Source: an uncultured Verrucomicrobiae bacterium
GTDB lineage: Bacteria > Verrucomicrobiota > Verrucomicrobiia > Limisphaerales > Palsa-1400
Direction of reading: 5' to 3'
Assembly (NCBI GenBank): GCA_963707025.1
Contig: CAVPOM010000013.1
Span: 1 to 64,000, forward strand
DNA length: 64,000 nt
Shown: one piece after another, positions 49,451-59,568 of the stretch
Layout: every line of letters starts with the position of its first letter
Numbering within the stretch: position 1 is the stretch's first letter
Notes under the pieces: model-generated
The model's database searches: none
The model's input: the letters and a program-made list of their open reading frames with translations, nothing else
What the model was told of the DNA's origin: nothing
Program-made: the position numbers and the translations under genes

Positions 49451-50584
49451 TCACCGCAGGGAAATCGGCTTGACTCTCATTCCCACCGGCCCGGTGTAAT
49501 TGCTTTGCGGGCGGATCAGGCGGTTGTCGGCCAGTTGCTCCAGCACATGGGCCGTCCAGCCGGCGGTGCGGGCAATGGCAAAAATGGGCGTAAAAAGATC
49601 GGTCGGAAATCCCATCGAATAATAAACGGTGGCCGAATAAAAATCCACGTTGGCATTGAGTTGCTTTTTCTTCAGCATCAACTCCGCGATGCGGTCGCTC
49701 ATCTGAATCCACTTCGGTTCGCCCAGTTGCGTGCTCAGGGTCTGGGCCATGCGCCGCAGCGTCGGGGCGCGCGGATCCAGCGTCTTGTAAACCCGGTGGC
49801 CGATGCCCATGATCTTCTTCTTTTGCGCCATGCATTCCTCCACATAGGCGTCCACCCGGTCCAGCGAGCCGATCTCCTGCAACATCTTGATCACCCCGGC
49901 GTTGGCCCCGCCGTGCAGCGGCCCTTTCAAGGTGCCGATGGCGCTGGTAATGGCCGAATACATGTCGCTCAACGTCGCGATGGTCACCCGCGCGCTGAAG
50001 GTTGAGGCGTTCATCCCGTGGTCCGCGTGCAAGACATAACACAAGTTGAGCGTTCGCTCCGCCTGCTCCGACGGCCGTTCCCCGTTGACCAAATAAAGAA
50101 AATTGGCCGCTTCTCCCAGCTTGGCATCCGAGGCCGGCACGGTCTTGCCCTGCCGGAGGCGATGAAAGGAAGCCGTGATAATCGGAATGCGCGCGATCAG
50201 CTTCATCGCCTTGCGCCGCTGCCCGTCCTGCGAGGGATCATCCCGTTCCGGGTCGAAACAGCCCAGCGCCGAAACGGCCGTGCGCACCACATCCATGGGC
50301 GGGGTGTCGCTGGGAACGGCCCGCAGCAGATCCAGGACCCCTTGCGGCAATTCCCGCTCCGCCACCAAGGTGGCTTTCAGCTCATCCAATTCGCGCTGAT
50401 TGGGCAGGTGGTTGTAGTGCAGCAAATAGACGACTTCCTCGTAAGTGACCTTGCCGGCCAGTTCGTTGATATCGTAGCCGCAATAAATTAATTCGCCGCT
50501 GTCGCCGCGCACATCGCTCAATCGGGTCTGGGCGGCGACGACCCCGTCCAGGCCCTTGCTGACAGCTTCAGAGGGGTTAGCCAT
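49451..50584 (-). CDS. gltA: Citrate synthase
   Basis: DHGMNASTF, GPLHGGAN, GIGHRVYK, NVDFYS. Confidence 0.95.
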   Translation of the reverse strand: MANPSEAVSKGLDGVVAAQTRLSDVRGDSGELIYCGYDINELAGKVTYEEVVYLLHYNHLPNQRELDELKATLVAERELPQGVLDLLRAVPSDTPPMDVVRTAVSALGCFDPERDDPSQDGQRRKAMKLIARIPIITASFHRLRQGKTVPASDAKLGEAANFLYLVNGERPSEQAERTLNLCYVLHADHGMNASTFSARVTIATLSDMYSAITSAIGTLKGPLHGGANAGVIKMLQEIGSLDRVDAYVEECMAQKKKIMGIGHRVYKTLDPRAPTLRRMAQTLSTQLGEPKWIQMSDRIAELMLKKKQLNANVDFYSATVYYSMGFPTDLFTPIFAIARTAGWTAHVLEQLADNRLIRPQSNYTGPVGMRVKPISLR

Positions 50585-50981
50585 GCGTCACAAGTTCTTT
50601 CTCTCCTGAGTGATTTGACATAAACAATCCGCTGAATGTAAGTGCCCGGCATGGAAGCGTCAACGGTTTTCCACCCCTTTTCCGCCGCCGCGGCCGCCTC
50701 TGCGCAGGGTTCCTGCCATGGCGCCGCCCGGTGGCCGGACCCGCCGGGCGCGGCTTCGCCAAAAATCACCATTGACAACTCTTTCCCTAACTGATACTTT
50801 ATTTCTCAGTGATGGTTGTGCTGTCAGAACCGGCCCCGCCGGGAAGGCGCCTCTGGAGACCCGTTGGCGCTCCCTCGCCCCATCCTCACCCGCCGGGCAT
50901 GCCCTAGTCTCCCAGGGAAATAAGTCAACCCTCCTTCCACAGATTCTTCCTTTGGCCTTTGGCATTTGTCGTTGCTTGAGC

Positions 50982-52994
50982 ATGCCCATGAAAATCCCCC
51001 CTTCTCCCCGCTCCCGTTCGCGCACAAAACAATCCCCGGGGCCGATGGCCACCCCCGCGAAAGGGGGCAAAAAATGGGACAACCCCGCCGGGCTGGACGC
51101 CCGCTCCCTTGAGTGGTTGGCGGCGGATTTTGCGCCCCTGGACGAATTGGCGGACCAAATGGCCTCGCGGGTGATGCGCTATGTCCTGCACGGCGCGGAC
51201 GGCAGCGTGCTCGCCGACTTGGCCGCGCTGAAACAAGCGGGACAAAAATTGCGCCTCTATGCCTCCACTTCGCCCGCCCCGGCCGCTTCCGCTCCGCTGT
51301 CCGCCGCAGCCAGTCCGCGCCGCCGCTTCTTTCAATCCGTCCAATGCTCCCTCCCGTCCTTCTTCGTGCGGCTGGGCCGGGTTTATGAAGCGGCTTCACG
51401 CTCCCTCCGGCTTGGCATGGCCCGGGCCTTCGGCGACCCGGACCTGGACTGGCTCCAGATTCTGTTGATCGAAGCCACCGAATTCACCCCCGGCGCCTGG
51501 CCGCGCCGTTGCCGGCCCTGTGCCATGCTGACCTCCGATCTGATCGAGGCGATGTTGCAGGGGGAGGGCCATCCGCCCGATTTGCTGGTGCGCACGGCCT
51601 TCCTGCCCCCCAGGCCGGCGCGGACCCGGTTCGGCCCGGAATTGGAGCCGGTCTGGGAATGCCTCCCCGGACTGGGCGCGAGCGCCGGGCGGCATCCGGC
51701 GGCGGTGCTCGCCGCGCTCAGTCAATCAAATTTCAAAAAACAGCTCCTGGCCTTGAACCTGCTGTAGCAATGCCAGGCGCCGCCGGCGGTGTTTCTCGGC
51801 CGACTGTTTGAACTGGCCCTCGGTCCGCGCCGCCGGGTCCGCGCCCGGGCCGCGCGGCTTCTCGCCGAAGCGCGGAGCGGGGCCGGGCCGTTTTTGCGGG
51901 AAAAAGCAGTCCGGGGCACGAGCGCGCAACGCGTCTGCGCCGCCCGGTTTCTTGCGCGCGCGGAAGGGGGGAACGCCCGCCCCTTTCTGGCGGCGCGGCT
52001 TGAGGCGGAGAAAACCCGGGAGAAGAAAAGCAGGAAGGTGTTGCGCGCCCTGGAAGAATTGCTGGCCGCGGGGCCGCCGGAGCCGTGCCCGGATGAAGCC
52101 CTGTCCCCGGAATTGCCTGCGTGGTGGAAACAGGCTCTCGGCCCCAAGACCGGCCGCCCCGCCCGCCTCGCAACCGCCACGGCCATCGCTCCGCTTCTGG
52201 CCGCCCTGAGAAAGGAAAAAAACGAGGCCGCCCGCAGCGCGATGATGACTTCCCTGGCCCAACTCGGCCTTCCGCCCGAACAACTCCTGGACCGCGCCGG
52301 CTTGCTGGAGGAATCAAGCCGGGTTCCGGCGCGGCCCACCCCGGAACTGATGTCCTGGTTTCCCTTCCCTCGTTTGCCGCCGGTTCATTGGGCGGACAAT
52401 GGCAGGCGGGTCGAACCGGAGATTGTCCGCTGCTGGCTGGCGCAATGCTGCCGACGCCAAAGCCCCGAACCCGGCCCGCTGCTGCGCCAGTACGCCGCAA
52501 ATCTAAAGGCCTCCGAGCGCGAGGCCCTTGGCCAGTTTGTCCTGGAGGCCTGGATCAGCCAAGACACCAAACCGGGCGCGTCCACTGCAACCATGGACGC
52601 GAAAGATTCGCCCAAAGTCCATCTGACCCACCACTCCATCCCGCCCCCACTCCATCCGGCAGCCGGTTCCACCATCGCCAGCAAGGGCGTTCTCGCCATG
52701 GCCGGCGCTTGTGCGGCGGCGGGCGCCCCCCTGTCCGTCCAGCGCTACCTGGAGCAATGGTATGGACGGAGGACCGCGCAATGCCGCGCCTTGCTGCAAA
52801 TGCTCGCCTGGGTGGAGCACCCGGCCGCGGTGCAACTCCTGCTCGCCGTCGCCGGCGGCTTTCGCACCCCGAGCATCCAGGAGGAGGCCGGCCGCCAGGC
52901 CGAGCACCTCGCCGAGCGCAAAGGCTGCTCCGTCGCCGGGTTGCTGAACATCCTTAAAAGGGAACCCGCTCCAAACTCAATCCGGAGTTTGTAG
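50982..52994 (+). pseudogene. HEAT-repeat/DUF4132-like gene with an in-frame TAG at 51765-51767, truncated at the C-terminus
   Basis: The two ORFs are in the same frame; ends ..FRTPSIQEEA..LAERKG. Confidence 0.6.
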
Positions 52995-53064
52995 CAGCGG
53001 CCTGGGAACGCCGCTGGAGGGGTTTTGATTCGCGGCGGTCCTGCACCGCCGCTCCGGCAGGCTC

Positions 53065-54429
53065 CTATTTGCCGATGCAAAACTGGCTGAAGATGGAGTC
53101 CAGCAGGTCTTCGGTGGTGGTTTTGCCCACGATCTCTCCGACGGCGTTGGCGGCAATGCGCAAATCCAGCGCGGCCAGTTCGAGCGTCAGGTTGGCGGAG
53201 AGCGCGGCGGCCGTCCGTTCGGTTGCCTCACGCGCGCGGCGCAGGGCGTCCTGATGACGGGCGTTGATCATGACTTGCAACATTTCCGCGCGAATTTCGC
53301 CTGCCCAAACGCGCTCTTTGATGGCGGTTTTTAATTCTTCCATGCCCTTGCCGGAAAGGCAGCAGACCGCCACGGCTTCCGGCGCGGCGGGCAATTGGAG
53401 AACTTGGGGCAAATCGGTCTTGTTGCGCACCAGGATGCGCGGTTTGCCGGGGAACTCGGCCAGGTGGGCTTGGTCGGCGGGGGTCAAGGGTGCGGAGGAG
53501 TCGAAGACATGCAAAATCAGTTCGGCCTCCGCCAGGCTCTGGCGGCTGCGGCGCACCCCTTCCTTTTCCAGTTCATTGGCCGACTCGCGCAGCCCGGCGG
53601 TGTCAATAAACAAAACGGGCAGGCCGCGGATGTTGGCCGTTTCCTCGATGGTGTCGCGCGTGGTGCCGGGGATGGGGGAAACGATGGCCCGGTCCCGGCC
53701 CAGCAACTGGTTGAGGAGGCTGGACTTGCCGGCGTTGGGCCGGCCGATGATCGCCGCGCGCAGGCCGCGCCGGAGAATCTGGCCCTCGCTGGCCGTGCGC
53801 AGCAGTTGGTCCATCAAACCCAGGGCGGCGCGCAACCGCGCCAGGAGTTGCGCACGCGTGTCCGGGGCGAGGTCTTCGTCCGGGAAATCAATCTGGGCCT
53901 CGAGGTGCGCGAGGATTTTGATCAGATCCTCGCGCAGGAGGTTGATGCGCCGGGAAAGCTGGCCGGCCAATTGTTCGCGGGCGGCGGCCAGGGCCAGTTC
54001 GGTGCGGGAATGGATGAGATCGGCCACCGCCTCGGCCTGGGCCAGGTCAAGGCGTCCGTTGAGAAAGGCGCGCCGGGTGAACTCGCCGGGGGTGGCCAGG
54101 CGCGCGCCGTTTTCCAGGAGGGTTTCCAGCACCAGCCGCGCCGGGAGGAGGCCGCCATGACAACTGATTTCCACCACGTCCTCGCGCGTGAAGGTGCGCG
54201 GGGCGCGCAGGACGCTGAGCAAAACTTCCTCCACCTCCCGGCCGTGCCGGACGATTTTTCCGAAATGGATGGTGTGGCTCGGCGCGGCGGAAGGGGGCAG
54301 GGAGGTTTTGCCGGCGGGGCGGAAACTGGCTTCGGCAATGGCCAGCGCGCGCGGGCCGGAGAGGCGGAGGACGGCCAGCCCGCCCTCGCCGAGCGGCGTG
54401 GCGATGGCGGTGATGGTATCGTCCAGCAT
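53065..54429 (-). CDS. mnmE: tRNA modification GTPase MnmE
   Basis: DTITAIATP, GRPNAGKSS, GTTRD, DTAG, FCIGK. Confidence 0.97.
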   Translation of the reverse strand: MLDDTITAIATPLGEGGLAVLRLSGPRALAIAEASFRPAGKTSLPPSAAPSHTIHFGKIVRHGREVEEVLLSVLRAPRTFTREDVVEISCHGGLLPARLVLETLLENGARLATPGEFTRRAFLNGRLDLAQAEAVADLIHSRTELALAAAREQLAGQLSRRINLLREDLIKILAHLEAQIDFPDEDLAPDTRAQLLARLRAALGLMDQLLRTASEGQILRRGLRAAIIGRPNAGKSSLLNQLLGRDRAIVSPIPGTTRDTIEETANIRGLPVLFIDTAGLRESANELEKEGVRRSRQSLAEAELILHVFDSSAPLTPADQAHLAEFPGKPRILVRNKTDLPQVLQLPAAPEAVAVCCLSGKGMEELKTAIKERVWAGEIRAEMLQVMINARHQDALRRAREATERTAAALSANLTLELAALDLRIAANAVGEIVGKTTTEDLLDSIFSQFCIGK

Positions 54430-54448
54430 AATGGGGCCGGCGCCGCTT

Positions 54449-54676
54449 TCAGCGGCCGGCGTTTTCCTGCAGCCACACGCGGGCCTTCCGGCAGCTTTTT
54501 CTTTGCAGAAAATGGCGCAACTGCGCATCGGCGGAGTCGGGCAACTGTTTGGCCAGTTCATCCAGCCGGGCAAAGAGCGGGCGCAGATCCGGTTTGGGGT
54601 TCGCCGCCGGCATGGCTTCCGCCGCCCGTTCCAGTTGCAGGAGCGTTTCCAAAAGCTGCTTTTCAATTTCGGTCAT
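54449..54676 (-). CDS. Small hypothetical protein
   Basis: Helical 75-aa ORF upstream of mnmE. Confidence 0.55.
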   Translation of the reverse strand: MTEIEKQLLETLLQLERAAEAMPAANPKPDLRPLFARLDELAKQLPDSADAQLRHFLQRKSCRKARVWLQENAGR

Positions 54677-54816
54677 CCCACAAAACTACGGCACGCCAAA
54701 AAGCATGGCAACCAGATTGCGGATCGTTCAACCTCCGTAATCCCGAAGGAATCGGGGCGGAGCAAGGTGGATGGGAACTGGTTGCGAAAGCTTTTAAATG
54801 GGGTAGAATTTTTTCC

Positions 54817-55047
54817 ATGAAAGCGACCGCCGCCAAAGTTGAACTGTTTCTCACGGATGCCAAAGGCAATCGCACAGGGGTGGTACTCGACCTGAGCACC
54901 TACCAGCGTCTGCGCGAAGCCGAAGAGGAATTGGCTGAGATTCAGGCTTACGATGCGGCGCGGCCCAAGGTATTGTCGGAAATCGCCGCCGGGCATTTCA
55001 TTGAACTGCGTGAATATCGCGCGGGTCGCGGCCGCAAACCGAAATGA
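54817..55047 (+). CDS. Antitoxin
   Basis: DAKGNRTGVVLDLSTYQRL; upstream of RelE. Confidence 0.75.
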   Translation: MKATAAKVELFLTDAKGNRTGVVLDLSTYQRLREAEEELAEIQAYDAARPKVLSEIAAGHFIELREYRAGRGRKPK

Positions 55048-55298
55048 GATACCGTGTTATCCTGCCCAAATCGGTGCAAAAGAAACTGGACCGTTTGCCA
55101 GATGACATTGCCAACCGGGTTTTAGTGCGCCTCGCCGCACTGGAGACAAATCCCCGGCCACCGGACGTTAAGAAACTGAAGGGACGCAATGGATGGCGGA
55201 TTCGCATCAGCGACTACCGGGTAATCTATGAAATCCAGGACCCTGCGCTGCAAGTCCTCGTGATCACGTTAGGGCACCGGCGCGAAGTGTATCATTAA
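55044..55298 (+). CDS. RelE/StbE family toxin
   Basis: NPRPPDVKKL..WRIRISDYRVIYEI..HRREVY. Confidence 0.92.
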   Translation: MRYRVILPKSVQKKLDRLPDDIANRVLVRLAALETNPRPPDVKKLKGRNGWRIRISDYRVIYEIQDPALQVLVITLGHRREVYH

Positions 55299-55313
55299 TT
55301 CCAAATTCAGCAG

Positions 55314-57164
55314 TTGATTTTGAACCACCCAAAAGCTCAGCAAGCCGAAAGCAAGGCCGCCAGTTTCCTGGGCATCGAATGCGGCGGGACGCGCACGGTC
55401 GTTTTGGCGGGTCCGGGCGCCGGCGGGGAGTATCGGCGTGCTGAGTTTGGCCCGGCCAATCTCCGCTTGCTGGACGACTCCCGGCTGGCCCAACATTTCC
55501 AGGCGATCAACCGGGCCGTGTCCACGCGGCCCGCTGGCATGGTCATCGGCATGGCCGGGGCGCGCACGGAGCAGGACCGGCGCCGGATTCGCGCGGCGGC
55601 CGGGAAGGTGTGGCCAAAAACTCCTGTATATGTGACAAATGACCTGGAGACCGCGCTTGCCGCCGCGGAGGGAGAGGACGGAGGGCAACTATCAGCGCAG
55701 GTTTTGATTCTCAGCGGCACGGGGTCGTGTTGTTTAGGGCGGCGGCGGGGAGCCAAGGGTGGGACGGTCCGCCTGGGCGGCTGGGGACATATCCTGGGGG
55801 ACACCGGCAGCGGTTACCAAATCGGGTTGCGCGCTTTGCAGGCCGTGGTCGGGGGATTGGACCACAATGGCAAATGGCCCCGCTTGGGCGAAAGCATACT
55901 ACAGGTGCTACAATTGCATGAGCCGGACGATTTGATTGATTGGGCGAGGGACGCGGCCAAGGCGGAGGTCGCGGCGCTGGCGCGGACGGTCTTTGACGCC
56001 GCGGCCAAAGGAGACCCGATGGCGCGCCGGATTTTGTGGTTTGCCGCGGAGTCGCTGGCGGCCAGCGGCGCCAGTTGCGCGCGGCGTCTGGTGCAACGCG
56101 GCGCGCCGGTGGAATTCATTCTCTCCGGCAGCATTCTGTTGCACCAGCCGGGTTTCGCCCGGAAAGTGGGCGCGCGCTTGCGGCGGCACTGGCCCGGCGC
56201 GCAGGTCAGGCGGTTGCGGCGGGAGAGTGTCTGGGGGGCCATCGAGCTGGCCCAGGCGCATTTTGGCGGGGTCAAGCCGGGCAAATCTCATGAGGCTGTC
56301 ACGCGCGCCGCAAGGCCGGACGCGCCGCAAATCCTTCCATTTTCCAAGGCCTTGCCGCCAACTGAGCAGCGCAATCCGCGCTCGCGGCATTTGGACACCA
56401 TGCCCCTGGCCAGGGCCGTGGCGCTGATGATCAAAGAGGAATCGGCCGTCGGCGCGGCCATTTTCAAGGAAAGGCGCAAGATTCAACGCGCGGTGGAGAT
56501 CATCGCCCATTGCCTGGGGCGGGGCGGGCGGCTGTTTTACGCGGGAGCGGGCACGAGCGGACGGCTGGGGGTTTTGGACGCGTCGGAATGTCCGCCCACA
56601 TTCCGGCTGGCGCCCGACCGGGTGCAGGGGATCATCGCCGGCGGGCGCCCGGCCCTCTGGCAATCGGTGGAAGGGGCGGAGGACGATGCCGCGGCGGGAG
56701 CGGCGGCCCTGCTCCACCGGGGAGTCAACAAGAGCGATGTGCTGGTGGGCATCGCCGCCAGCGGGCGGACGCCTTTTGTCTGGGGCGCCCTGCGGGCGGC
56801 GCGGGAGCGGGGCGCGCGCACCATCCTGCTCTGCTGCCATCCGCGCCTGGAAATTCCGGCGGCGCAACGGCCGGACCTGGTCATCGCGCCGAACACCGGG
56901 CCGGAGGTGTTGACCGGTTCGACCCGCCTGAAAGCCGGGACGGCGACCAAGGTGATCCTGAATATTCTCACCACCCTGGCCATGGTGCGGTTGGGCAAAG
57001 TCATGGGCAACTTGATGGTGGACCTGGATGCTTCCAATGAAAAACTGCGCGACCGGGCCATTCGCATCGTGCAAACCCTCACCGGCGCCCGGCCCGCCGC
57101 CGCCCGCGCCGCGCTCGAAGCAGCCAAGTGGCTCGTGCCGGCCGCGTGTCAAAAACTCAAATAA
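55314..57164 (+). CDS. murQ: BadF-type GlcNAc/MurNAc kinase fused to MurNAc-6-P etherase
   Basis: GIECGGT, SGTGS, GGWGHILGD; then TEQRNP, GAGTSGRLG, GPEVLTGSTRLKAGT. Confidence 0.9.
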   Translation: MILNHPKAQQAESKAASFLGIECGGTRTVVLAGPGAGGEYRRAEFGPANLRLLDDSRLAQHFQAINRAVSTRPAGMVIGMAGARTEQDRRRIRAAAGKVWPKTPVYVTNDLETALAAAEGEDGGQLSAQVLILSGTGSCCLGRRRGAKGGTVRLGGWGHILGDTGSGYQIGLRALQAVVGGLDHNGKWPRLGESILQVLQLHEPDDLIDWARDAAKAEVAALARTVFDAAAKGDPMARRILWFAAESLAASGASCARRLVQRGAPVEFILSGSILLHQPGFARKVGARLRRHWPGAQVRRLRRESVWGAIELAQAHFGGVKPGKSHEAVTRAARPDAPQILPFSKALPPTEQRNPRSRHLDTMPLARAVALMIKEESAVGAAIFKERRKIQRAVEIIAHCLGRGGRLFYAGAGTSGRLGVLDASECPPTFRLAPDRVQGIIAGGRPALWQSVEGAEDDAAAGAAALLHRGVNKSDVLVGIAASGRTPFVWGALRAARERGARTILLCCHPRLEIPAAQRPDLVIAPNTGPEVLTGSTRLKAGTATKVILNILTTLAMVRLGKVMGNLMVDLDASNEKLRDRAIRIVQTLTGARPAAARAALEAAKWLVPAACQKLK

Positions 57165-57205
57165 TCAGTCTTCCCTTTTTTTGGGCGGCATGGTTAACTT
57201 GTCTA

Positions 57206-57544
57206 ATGAACCTTGGTGAGAGCATTTGGGACAGGCTTACCCGCCTGGTCCTGGGCCTGGTGGTGGCGGCGGTGCTGCTGGGCCTGGCCCTCTGGTACCA
57301 GCCGGTCATCAACACCAACCGGGGGATGCGGGCGCGCAAGCTGGAGTTGGATCAAAAAATTGCGGTGGAAACAGAGACGGCCAGGAAATTGCAGGCCGCC
57401 CTGCACGCCATGCAGGACCCAAAAACGGTCGAGCGCCTGGCGCGCGAACGGCTCAGTTACGCCAAACCGGGCGAAGAAGTGATTCTGTTTGAACCGCCCG
57501 CCCCGACCAACAATCCGCCGGTCTCCACCACCCTCCTGCCGTAA
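57206..57544 (+). CDS. Septum formation initiator (FtsB/DivIC family)
   Basis: TM, coiled coil, VERLARERLSYAKPGE. Confidence 0.85.
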   Translation: MNLGESIWDRLTRLVLGLVVAAVLLGLALWYQPVINTNRGMRARKLELDQKIAVETETARKLQAALHAMQDPKTVERLARERLSYAKPGEEVILFEPPAPTNNPPVSTTLLP

Positions 57545-57558
57545 GCCTCCCCGCCGCC

Positions 57559-58119
57559 TCAGACCGTCATGATTTCTTTTTCCTTCGCCGCCAGATGGGC
57601 GTCTATTCTGGCGATGTATTGATCGGTTAATTTCTGGATTTCTTTTTCCGCTGTTTCCACCTGGTCCTTGGCCACGCCGCCGGCTTTGGCTTCCTTGCGG
57701 ACGGCTTCGATGGCGTCGCGACGGACATGACGGACGGCCACGCGGCCGTCTTCGGCCAGTTTGTGGGTGATTTTGACCATTTCCTGGCGGCGTTCGGTGC
57801 TCAGTTCGGGCAGGACCAGGCGGATGGTCTTGCCTTGCACGGCGGGGTTGACGCCCAGACTGCTCTTTTGGATGGCCTTCTCAATGGGGTGGACGGTGCT
57901 GGCGTCCCAGGGCGAAATGAGGAGCATGCGCGGTTCGGGAACGGTGATGCCGGCCAGTTCGCGGATGCGCATGTGCGAGCCATACACTTCGACCATGATG
58001 TTCTCCACCAGCACGGGCGAGGCCTTGCCCGTGCGGATGCCGGAAAATTCATGCTGCACCACTTCCTCCGTTTTGATCATCTTTTCTTCTGCTTCCAAAA
58101 TTGCGTCGTCCAGAGCCAT
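57559..58119 (-). CDS. frr: Ribosome recycling factor
   Basis: IRTGKASP..PELSTERR..KEKEIM. Confidence 0.97.
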   Translation of the reverse strand: MALDDAILEAEEKMIKTEEVVQHEFSGIRTGKASPVLVENIMVEVYGSHMRIRELAGITVPEPRMLLISPWDASTVHPIEKAIQKSSLGVNPAVQGKTIRLVLPELSTERRQEMVKITHKLAEDGRVAVRHVRRDAIEAVRKEAKAGGVAKDQVETAEKEIQKLTDQYIARIDAHLAAKEKEIMTV

Positions 58120-58167
58120 AGTATTAAAAGAGTTGAGGGTTGCGGGTTGCGGGTTGGCCCCGGGTCG

Positions 58168-58890
58168 TCAGCCGACCACCAGGGTGCCGACTCTTTCGCC
58201 GAGGACCACGCGCTTGAGGTTGTGGGCCTTGAATACGTCGAAAACGATGATCGGCATTTTGTTGTCCATGCAGAGCGAAAACGCGGTGGAATCCATCACC
58301 TTCAATTGTTTTTGCAGCGCTTCCAGATAGGAGATTTGCGTGTAACGCCTGGCCCCGGCGCTGGTCTTCGGGTCCGCGTCGTAGATCCCGTCCACTTTGG
58401 TGGCCTTGAGAATGACTTCGGCGCCGATTTCGTTGGCGCGCAGGGCCGCGGCGGTATCGGTGGAAAAATAGGGATTGCCCGTGCCGCCGCCGAAAATGAC
58501 GACCCGGTCCTTCTCCAAATGCCGCACGGCGCGGCGCCGGATGAACGGCTCGGCCACCTGCGACATGGCGATGGCGCTCTGCACCCGGGTGGCGACGCCC
58601 AGCTTCTCCAGCGCGTCCTGCAAGGCCAGGGCGTTGATCACCGTGGCCAGCATGCCCATGTAATCCCCGGTGGCCCGCTCGATGCCGTGCCGGCCGGCGG
58701 ACAGGCCGCGAAAGATATTGCCGCCGCCGACCACCACCACGACTTGGACGCCCAGTTGGCGGACTTCGCAGATCTGGCGGGCCATTTCGTGGATGGCTTC
58801 GGCGCAAATACCGATGCGCCCGGCGCCGCCCAGCGATTCACCGCTGATCTTGAGGAGGATGCGCCGGTATTTGGGTTGGGGCTTTTTCAT
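58168..58890 (-). CDS. pyrH: UMP kinase
   Basis: [21 protein letters not shown]. Confidence 0.97.
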   Translation of the reverse strand: MKKPQPKYRRILLKISGESLGGAGRIGICAEAIHEMARQICEVRQLGVQVVVVVGGGNIFRGLSAGRHGIERATGDYMGMLATVINALALQDALEKLGVATRVQSAIAMSQVAEPFIRRRAVRHLEKDRVVIFGGGTGNPYFSTDTAAALRANEIGAEVILKATKVDGIYDADPKTSAGARRYTQISYLEALQKQLKVMDSTAFSLCMDNKMPIIVFDVFKAHNLKRVVLGERVGTLVVG

Positions 58891-59033
58891 GGGCCGGCGG
58901 CATACTAATGATTCCCCGGCCCACCGTCAAGATGGTGGATTGGCTGAATTCGGCTTGGCCAATTTGCGTCCAAGACTCCGGCGGCGCCATTGCCAAACCT
59001 ATCACCACCATCCTCCACAAAAAGGAAATCTTC

Positions 59034-59513
59034 ATGAATATCTGCAAAATAATGTTCCGATCCCTCCTGGTCCTCGGTCTCGGATGCGGTTGCCTGTTGC
59101 CCTTTGCCCATGCCAGGGGCGCGGCGGGCGCCCCCGCCCCGCTTCCCGACATCATCCAGAAAGGTTTCAGCTTGTGGGCCAAAAACCGCCAGGCCTCCTG
59201 GGCCTTTGATGCCTGGAAAATCGGCGGTCTCATGGAGCAGGACACCAAGGCCGACACCCTCTCCCGATACTTCTCCCGGATAGACCTGACCCTGGGCAGT
59301 TACAAATCCTACGAGGTCGTTGAAACCAAGCGCATCAGCCAGAATTCAGGGGTCATTTACCTCTCCGTCAACTTCGACCGCGCCGTCCTGTTCGGCCGGT
59401 TCATGATGTATCGGACCGACAAGGATTGGGTGGTGCAAAACATGGATTTCAGCCCCAAGCCCGAGGCCATGATGCCGTGGCTGGCCTTCGAGGGGGAGAC
59501 TTATACGCAATAA
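59034..59513 (+). CDS. Secreted hypothetical protein
   Basis: SD AAGGA and signal peptide. Confidence 0.75.
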   Translation: MNICKIMFRSLLVLGLGCGCLLPFAHARGAAGAPAPLPDIIQKGFSLWAKNRQASWAFDAWKIGGLMEQDTKADTLSRYFSRIDLTLGSYKSYEVVETKRISQNSGVIYLSVNFDRAVLFGRFMMYRTDKDWVVQNMDFSPKPEAMMPWLAFEGETYTQ

Positions 59514-59568
59514 GATGGCCGGTCCTTTTTCAGGAGCTGGCAAAGACGGCTGGAACTCATCGGACCGC

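Noticed and set aside
52964..52973. ACCCGCTCCA matching the att core, as the end of a larger island
   Set aside because: Only 10 bp, plausible by chance in 64 kb of GC-rich DNA, and core genes lie in between.
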